Assembly (NCBI GenBank): GCA_964106645.2
Contig: OZ067045.1
From: Podarcis pityusensis
Lineage: Eukaryota
DNA: 64,000 nt
Direction: 5' to 3' (one strand)
The notes beneath the pieces are model-generated. The model saw only the letters and a program-made list of their open reading frames with translations. It was not told where the DNA came from and ran no database searches. The translations under genes and the position numbers were made by a program. Position 1 is the stretch's first letter. Each line of letters starts with the position of its first letter. Of the stretch, positions 55,446 to 64,000 are shown piece by piece.

Positions 55446-55586
55446 CAGGGGTGGGAAACTTCTGGCCCTCCGGAGGTTGCTTGACTCCAACTCCCATAGT
55501 CCCCAAGGACTGGCCATCCTGGCTGGGATGATGGGAGTTAAGAGCCCAACAACTTTTGGAGGACCACAGTAGGTTCCTCATCCCCG
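55446..55586. mobile_element. Palindromic hAT-type MITE
   Basis: caggggtgggaaact..ggccctcc..aactcccat / atgggagtt..ggaggaccac..aggttcctcatccccg. Confidence 0.65.
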
Positions 55587-56634
55587 CCGAAAGAAAAGCC
55601 TTCCTGCCTGACACCACAGACACTTCCCCATGTTGCAATGGTGCTTAAGGGCAGAAGGCCATTAATCAGAACAAGAGATTGCTTAAAAACTTTAAAAAAT
55701 AAATAAATTAGATGTGTATTGGTCATGAATTCTGGTAGTTGAATGTTTTCCCTTTGAGGAAAGACTCCATTTTTGGGAGCCTGAAATCTGGATTATGACT
55801 CCAGAAACTAAATTTGGAATACACAAAGAGTTATCATCCTTTTCAGTCTGACAATTACATCAGCATGAAATTCATCAGGCTTGCATTTGTGTTAGGTTTT
55901 TTTTTTGGGGGGGGGGGTTCTAATTGCAGAACAGTTTCACCATAATCAGTATAATGTCAATAATAATCAGTTTTTGAAGTAAACTGGCCCTGCGATTTGG
56001 AAGCTCATCATTACCAAGAGCAGTAGTTTAGTGTATGTGTATATTTATGACTTTTAATTTTAAAAAATAATTCAGGGAGGCCGATGAGAACTTTTATAAA
56101 GGCAAATTAAGTCATTCTAGACTGGCATAACAGACAATATGTCATTATGAAAATACCAAATTACATGGACAATTAAATTTCCTTATTAAGCAAGATATAA
56201 TGCCAACAATGTTACAGCAATTTATAAAGTTGAACGTTATTTTCAGCAATAACAAGCCCAGTGCCTCCAAAATAAAAGGGGCTTGTTTTAGAAGCTTGGT
56301 CATTCAGAACTGGAAAGGGAGCGATTACAATTCGTCATGGGAGCAATTTAAAACTTGCAGGTACTTATCCCAGTTGTGTGGCTTTTAGTCACATTTGCTG
56401 GAGATTCTCTGAGCTGATCGCTCTATTCATGCCCACTTTGAATCCAATTTGGCAAGCAGAAAGGAAGAATTGCCTGGCAGGCAAATTTGCATAGCAGCGA
56501 AACAGTGTGCCAGGGGCTTCCCAGGACTTCCCAGGGCACACTAGATAGGTTGGCCTGCGAATGTGAACCAAATCAAATTTGTGCCCCCCTCCCTCTGGCT
56601 GTGTCCGAACCGGGTGCCTCCTGCCTGCCAGAAT

Positions 56635-56862
56635 GAGCCTGCTCAGAGTGGTGGTCAGAATGTTCTTCTCTTAAGACCCAGGAGACCAGGGTTCAAATCT
56701 CCACTCAGCCATGAAGGTCACTGGGCAACTGTGGGCCAGTCACTGCCTCTCACCCTAACCGACCTCACAAGGCCGTTGTGGGGATTAAATGAGGAGAGGG
56801 GAGAACCATGTATCACCAACTTGAGCTCCTTGGAGAAAAATGTGGGATATAAATAAATAAAT
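56635..56862 (+). mobile_element. MIR/CORE-like SINE
   Basis: ccagggttcaaatctccactcagcca...gggccagtcac...acctcacaagg..gttgtgggattaaat...(taaa)n; related pieces at 6917-6985 and 7215-7280. Confidence 0.7.
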
Positions 56863-59477
56863 GCAAAATAAAGGGCCAGCCCCCTTTTGGCTATCCACCA
56901 TGGTCCTTGAAGTGAGCTTTCCTTTTAGAGATGCTTATTAGCGTTTGCTGGAGATAAAGCGGCACACCCGCAGCTGCTGTATTAAAAGGTGAGAAAACAA
57001 ATAAGAACAAGTGTTAATTCACATACACAAATCCCCTGTCTGCACAGCAGGTGGAGCGGCTGCCTCCATGCGGGGAGGGCCCTTTCCTGCTGCGAGGCTT
57101 TTCCTTCCTGTTTTATTGCCTCAGTGTTTGTTCTCAAAAGACTGCACCAGACTTATGAGTATGTTATCACTGTGGATTCCTCCTGATTATGATTTTACTT
57201 ATTTTATTTTTACAAAAATGAAATGTGATTTGCTGCAGATCGGCGTCTATGAAATATTCGAGTGAAAGCAAAATAGGTGTTGCTTTGCTCCCCAGTGGAA
57301 TTCTTTTGGCTGGGTGAAGAAGGGCCTCTCCGCTAGCTGGGCTTTGATGGAGCTGTTTCATTTGGGAAGAGAGAGGTGTTCCACAGTAATGGGACTTTGA
57401 TATGTGCTGGCAAGTGGGGAGAGAGAAGGAAGTTTGGTGGTGCTCTGCTATCAATGTCCAGTGTGGATAATTCAGTACTAGGTAGTTCTGGACAAGTTGC
57501 TGTCCTATGGCCACAGATCCCATCTGTAAAAAAATTTTTTTGGGGGGCAGTGGAATTGGTGGCCTCCTTCCTGAGGCTGTTTTCAGGCTCTCAAAACCCT
57601 TTACAAGCCCAGTGGGCAACCATGGAGAGACAGTCATCATTGCAGCAAGATCAAAAGTAAGCCATTTAACTAACATATATCCTGACATTTCTGTAAACTC
57701 TTCCAAACTATAGGATAGGGTGAATGAGAAAAACAGTAAGTTACGGTACATGAAAAGAGCTCTTTCTGTCCCTTGAAAAACCAACTTTAAGGATGTCCAT
57801 GATCTTCATTGTCTTGCTTTTCCTCTTGAATTATTTCTGTATTCCTGTAGAAATTGGATTCATCTAAAAAATGGGCAGAGGATATATGCCTCCTATGTCT
57901 CACCTCCTCAGTCTTCATAAGTCACCACTGTGGTTTCAAATAATCTTCTTATTGTGCTGTTAAACATTTTCAGTTCATCCACCGTTTGGGAGGCCTGTTG
58001 TCAGGCAGAAAAGCAGGATATAAATATTTTAAATCAATAAATCTACCTGTTCACAAGCAAGTTGTGCACTTGCCACTAATGACAACATATAAGCTGCTTG
58101 CCTTCTTAAGAGGTGGCTGTTCCAGATAGCACTGCCCCTTTTATTGCAACCCTCACAAACCCCCAATTTACCTTATAATGCTTGAACTGATAGCTGACTG
58201 TGAAGACAGATAAGTGCAAAATCAGGAAGGGTGTATGTCAGATTAGAGCACTTTTTCCTGATTTGGGAATATGCAAAGCTTCTAGTTACACAGGACCCTT
58301 CATCAGGCAGAAGGCTAAATTCCTGGGAGAAGGAAAGAATGTGTTCCAGCTGCAAAGCTGGTGTTTTAGCCACTGCATTTGTATTGTAACCTATTCACTT
58401 CAAACTCACTTAATACACTGACCACCAGCAGCAGGGCAATTACTATTGCAGTGACTCCTCAGGAATCTGAGGTTTCTGTTCATCTCTTTGTCCTCAGTAA
58501 GACAGTAAGTTTTAATTCCCAGGCACGTCTTTTAAAGGTGTTGTACATGTCATTTTCCAATCTGCTCAGATTCAGTTGAACATTAAAATAATTCCATTGT
58601 AGCTCTTGTGCAGAATGTTCATCTACCTGTTTTATTAATGCTGCAAAGTCCTTTGGGAGAGCCATACGACAGCATATGAATGGGAATCTTTTTTAAAAAT
58701 CCTAAATGAGCACAGCAGATGTATGAAAGCAGCAGATGCAGAAAGAAAGATGAATTGAACATAATTCATTGCATTTTTGGGGGGAAAGTTTATCCTTTAG
58801 ACTGTTCTGTTTATGGCTCACATTTTCTGGTGGGGGGAATACATTTTCCTTATGACTTTTGATTTATGTCGTTTGACACATCAGAGGGCCCGAAGCTTGC
58901 ACTTTTGTATACCTGAGTCACAAAATGGGATTTTTATTTAAAGTGTGTTTTTTAAAAAAAGTTTAATGCAATACAGTGGTGAACTGATACTGTGGCACTT
59001 TAAACTGACAGATCAATAAACTTCAGTAATGACTGTAAAATTACATTACAGAATCGTGGATTTATTTTTCTTTCCATGACTTCAGAATTGCGCAGCACAA
59101 ATTTTAAACACACACAAACCTATTTCCAAACCTCTACTTTACATCTCTTAACTTTCATCACATACCACAGTTAAGAATCAGTGGATGATCTCCTGATATC
59201 AGAGGTAGTCCCAGTTTGTTTGATTATATTAGGTTTGTTTGTTTGCAGGAATGAGCAGAGTAAACTGGGTATGAATTAAGGAGGTTGCAGAGTAAAAAAG
59301 AGGTATTGTCCTACACTTTCGTAACATGGACATAATATTCCTCAAAGAGAAGGCAGGTGGGGAGCATCTGCCCTGATGCCAGAAACCCTCAACACAACAA
59401 TGCAGGGTGTGTGGGTGTGGGTGTGGGAGTGTTGTGCAGGAATGCTGGTCACCTTTCTTAAACTACAGTCAATTCAA

Positions 59478-59688
59478 TTTATTATTTCATTTATACCCAA
59501 GCGTTCCTCCAAGGAGCTGAAAGGTGGCATAGACACTTCTCCCCATCTCCATTTTATCCTCACAAGAACCCTCTGAGGAAGGCTAGGCCGAGAGTGAGTG
59601 ACTGGCCCAAGGTCATGGCTGAGAGGAGATTTGAACCCTGGTCTCCTAGCCCCTAGTCCAGCATTCTAACCACTGCACTACACTGGCT
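59478..59688 (-). mobile_element. MIR/CORE-like SINE
   Basis: Reverse complement of the 56.6 kb family (ttatcctcacaagaaccctctgagg...gtgactggcccaaggtca...gatttgaaccctggtctcct). Confidence 0.7.
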
Positions 59689-59854
59689 ATCTTCTGACAC
59701 GTTGCAGAAGATAGTTTAATACCCCTTATGACCTATCTTAAAGTATCCATTGTGTTTTGCTACAATATTTAAACCTGCCATTGAAACCCCGTTTCTTAGA
59801 GCAGAAATGCTTACCAGAGAGGTGAGCTGTTCTGTTGTTTTCTCTGCATTTCCC

Positions 59855-59868
59855 CCACTAGGGGGCAG
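59855..59868 (+). promoter_or_regulatory. Candidate CTCF site
   Basis: CCACTAGGGGGCAG fully matches the CCASYAGRKGGCRS consensus. Confidence 0.6.
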
Positions 59869-61039
59869 AAAAGTCTGTCTCAGGGCTTTAAAGACAGTGC
59901 CGCATTTCTTCAAAAAAGGCTCTTTAGCAGAAGGAATCATTAATTTATTTGCCCTTTCTGGAACATTAGAGTATTAAAACAGACTGTGAATTCTCAGACA
60001 AATGGAATGTCTTAATGGTCCTCTGATTCTTCTGGTCACTGGGCACCATTTCTCCCCATCTCCACACCCTGGAGAGAGATGCTCATTCGCTGGGCCCATC
60101 ATCTTGTGCTCTGTGCTTAACTTGGGGCCTGGATGGAATGTGTTTTTAATATCCAATATTGGTCCTGGGGCATGTGGTAAAGGAGGAGAGTGCATTTGAA
60201 CATGTGCAGAGTGCCTTGCAATTGCCACTGAATTACCACAACTTGCCCCACAAACAAATGAATGTTTAGGAGTCAGGGTTTCCACATCTGCTTTCAAGGT
60301 AGACAGGACCCTGGCATTTATGCATTAACTACAGGCAGGACTACCTTGCTTATGTGTTTGGACCTTTCATCTTTCCTATAAGCCCAAGGCAGCTTCTAGC
60401 ATAACGGCAGCAGAATAGCAACAATAATCAGCAAGAAATTGTAAAGTGCTTTAGCCACGCAGCACAACCGTATTTTGGGACCAAAAAACAATCCAGCTAT
60501 TGAAACTCATAAAGCAAAGAAAATGGCCTTTGCTTCCTTCTCAGAATCCTCAGGGAAGGGAAAGGCGACAGCAGCGGCAACCACATGGTCATAAAAACTT
60601 ATTTTGGGTCTTGCATCAGGAGCAGGAGCGCCTGAGTCAGGGGTCAGGTGTTCCTCCACTGGACAGAGGCAGGGCCTGGTCTGCACCAGCCCAATCTTGG
60701 AGTGAGCCTGGGAGCCAGCAAGGAGCCTGGGGAATTGCTACAGCACTGCCCAATATGCACTCTGCTCCCTGCACATGCCAAGGAGTGAGGGAGATGTCTT
60801 AATCTGCACCTTCTGAAATGGCTCATGTCCAGGGCCTTGTTCTCAGACATGAACAAGGAGATGGAGTGCTTTCTCTCTTCGTTCTTTAGTGCTACCCTGT
60901 GTTCTGCAACTGTAAGACCTACACTGACTGGTGTGTACAATGCAGGGGAAGGGCTGACCTGGTGCCCTCCAGATATTGTTGGACTACAGCTTCTACCCTT
61001 CCTGGCCATTGGCCATGCTGGCTGGGTTGTAGTTCAAAA

Positions 61040-61300
61040 GATCCTGGAAGGGCTCCCAAGGGTCATTTAGTCCAACCCCCTGCATGGCCAAAGCTGAATA
61101 ATCCCTGACACACGGCTATCCAACCTGTTTAAAAACCTTCATGAAGGGCAGTCCGCCACATTTGAGGTAATCTGCTGCACTGCCAAACAGCTTTTGCTCT
61201 CAGAAAGTTCTTCCTCGTGTTTCGTTGGAATCTCCTTTCTTGTAATTTGAATCCATTGAAGCAGCAGAAAACAAGCTCGCTTCATCTTCCGTGTGATGGA
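61040..61300 (-). mobile_element. CR1 LINE 3' fragment (second subfamily)
   Basis: ggtcatttagtccaacccc...tatccaacctgtttaaaaacc...cagaaagttcttcct...ttgtaatttgaatccattg; related fragment at 33085-33212. Confidence 0.6.
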
Positions 61301-61679
61301 ACCAATTATTTTCCCACCCCTTTCTCTCAGCATTAGCATTCGCAGACGACGTTCATAAGAAGAGCCCAGCTGCAGAGGGATCAGGCCAAAGGGCCCTATC
61401 TAGTTTAATAATAACAATAGTAATAATAATAATATTACTTATACCCTGCCCATCTGACTGGGTTGTCCCTGTTTGTACACAATAAAATGTCCCATCAGGA
61501 AGCCCACTGGACATGAGTACAATTGCATTCTCCCCAGCAACTGGCATTCAGACACCTACTGCCTGTGACAGAGGTTGAACATAGGCATCATGACTTGTAG
61601 CTGCTGATAGTCTCATTCTCCATGAATTTATCTACTCCTCCTTTAAAGCCACCTGCACAGTGTGGGAGAGAGTCTACCA

Positions 61680-61976
61680 CAGGGGTTCCCAAATATTCCC
61701 CCCACCGTGGGGAGAAAATTGCTGAAGGTCTTGGCATACCACTTAACGATGTTCCTGCCTGCTGCAGCAGTTGTAATTCCATAGAATTCAATCTGTAACA
61801 CAATAAAATACAATATAAGAAATAAAACGGAGCAATAAAAATACAATTATGAATATTCCGCGTGACGGATGTGCTGCCTCCTTTCTTCAACCACAAATCC
61901 ACAGATACGCCATGGATCGCCTGAACGAAGCTCACAGACCACTTGTGGTCCACAGACCACAGTTTGGGAATTCCTG
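61680..61976. mobile_element. Non-autonomous hAT/Charlie-like element
   Basis: TIRs CAGGGGTTCCCAAA / TTTGGGAATTCCTG (12/14 match); decayed 8-bp flanks gtctacca / gtttatga. Confidence 0.5.
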
Positions 61977-63551
61977 GTTTATGACACAGTTGGAAGCCTT
62001 TTATGTTCTTCACTGAAGGCAAATGTCAGGGATAAGGAAAGCAGTGTTCATATAACACGTCTGAGGAGACCAGCCCAGTTGCCTCAACCAGACCTCCTCC
62101 ATGGTATCACTTGCTCTTCCCCCATTTCCTTATTCTTGGAAGGACATCAGTTGCTGCTTGTGTTCAAAACGGCCCAGGTGTGTGATCTGCCGGTAGCAAT
62201 TCTCCCACGGAGATTGTGATGGGGTGGCGGGTGCTGTCAGGCCAAACCACGCTGCAAGGAGAACCAGGGAGGCTGATCAGAGCAGCCATCTGCTGAAACT
62301 ATTGGTATGCTTCAGATTTCCCAGGGTTATCATATGTGTGTGTATGTGTGTACACAGTACTTATTTTCAGGCTGTTGTTGCTTTTAATCCAGAAGACTCC
62401 AATCAGGTTCTGATCAAATCTCCTTTCTATAGCCTCCTCTCCAGGTAGCAGCAGCTTCAGTTGAGGTACCTTTCGAGAAGCACGTTACGCAGCTGGGAAG
62501 CTTTTTTTAAAAAAAAAGGCGTGTAAAACAACACATGTTAAAGACTCAATTTTTGTTTAAGCCTGGTGGTGATTCCCCACTCCCTCTTCTCTCCACCCCC
62601 CCCAACAGAGCATGAAATTAAAATGCATGCACAGAGCTACATGATTGCTACAGCGCCGTGGCTCAAGCTGCGGTTCTCTGGTGGATGTCATTAGTCACGC
62701 TAAGACAGACTGGGGTGGAACGGGAGTGGCAAAAATTTGCGGCAAAGAGGATGTTTATATGGAACGATTGACTGCTATGGACCTAATCTCCTGGCATCGG
62801 CTTGCTGATAGGCATAGCAAAGGGACGTGGGAAGGATATTGTAGCACTCCCACAAGGGACGCTGTGTGGCCCCGGAATGTGAGTCGCGCTCAACTGTAAC
62901 CAATAGAGGCTAATGCACCTTTCTGAGGGAAGTCAGTTTGCCATGTCGGCATCGGTGCCTTTGCGGCCACCCACAATCCTTACTCTTGACTTGGTATCTC
63001 TGCCCAGAAACAAACAAGCTATTCATAATCCCTGCTTGTAAGCACCAGAACAATTTGCAGCTTTAGGCAAGATTTATTGCAAATCCCTATTGTTTTCCCT
63101 CGTAATTGCAGATACAGATGGCTCCAGTGGTATGGAAAGAAATCTTAAACCATATAAAGGGTGGGATATCCTTAGTTTTTCGCTCAGATCTCACACATTT
63201 TTTTGATGCTAACCCCAACTCTCTAGCTTCCCCGCCATGTGAAAAGTAATAATCGACAAAGTGGTCACCTGTTTGAAGATTAAATGTTTCCTTATGCAGC
63301 AAAGGAGTGGAGTTTGCTGCTGCACAATGGCCATAGACTGGCTGCCCTTTTGTTACTCATTTCCCCTGCTTGGTTGTTAAGATGCTTAGCTGCGCCTGAG
63401 TGAATGAAATCACAGCCAACTTGGAGGCTCCCCCAGCAGCTCAGCTGGCCATTTGCAGATGGAAGAGAGACAAACCTGGTTCATAAAGCCAGAGCCGGGA
63501 GAGGAATTCACTAAACAGATTTTCCCCCAAAGGAAACATGAGGAAAAGAGC

Positions 63552-63552
<1 letters not shown>

Positions 63553-63595
<43 letters not shown>
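63553..63595. repeat. (TG)~21 microsatellite
   Basis: Direct reading. Confidence 0.95.
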
Positions 63596-63597
<2 letters not shown>

Positions 63598-64000
63598 TCA
63601 AATGTCTGGGAATGTCCTTCAGCTCACATGCCACCAGGAATAAACATTAGCTTTGATCTTTCTTCTCCCCCAATTCATATTAATAATGAGTCTACATTGT
63701 TATAAACAAGCAGCCCCAATTGTGGGTGGAATCCAGCATTCTTTTACGTTTTGATTTTGCAGAGGAGTGGTGGTTATGGTCAGGCTTTCCCTCCTTTTTT
63801 TAGTAATTGTGTTTGAAATGGGTTGTGAGTTTAAACTACTATTACGGGGTTAGGGTGGTGTTATAAAAGGTGGATAATAAAAAAAGTAATTTCTCAGGGA
63901 TCTCTGTGTGTGTACATGCACATTAAAATAAAATAAAATAGGATACATAAATGCTGCTGCTTATATAATATACAAGCCAGGTTCCATAATGATGTACCTA

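Overview
Vertebrate genomic DNA from a squamate reptile. The Sauria SINE, Bov-B and Squam3-like repeats point to a lizard, probably a lacertid. 2.3-27.4 kb (+) holds the last 20 coding exons of WWP2, a NEDD4-family C2-WW-HECT E3 ligase; these correspond to human exons 5-24 and the 5' exons lie upstream of the window. The cartilage microRNA miR-140 sits in the intron at 19299-19885. 33.4-39.0 kb (-) holds the complete 7-exon PSMD7 (Rpn8) gene, tail-to-tail with WWP2, with a CpG-island promoter. 39.5-64 kb has no supportable protein-coding gene: it is an AT-richer intergenic stretch, probably the start of the ZFHX3 gene desert by synteny, with repeats, candidate conserved enhancers and a 300-N gap. 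I found no wholly new multi-gene system. The most unusual signals are: a probable solo LTR inside a Bov-B LINE flanked by a 52-bp rather than 4-6-bp duplication; seed sites for the miR-140-3p isomiR beside Pumilio elements in the host gene's own 3'UTR; parallel Gly-to-Arg changes in WW3 and WW4; uAUGs ahead of the WWP2-C start; and divergent CTCF motifs bracketing PSMD7. All coordinates were read by eye, and comparisons with human or mouse are from memory.
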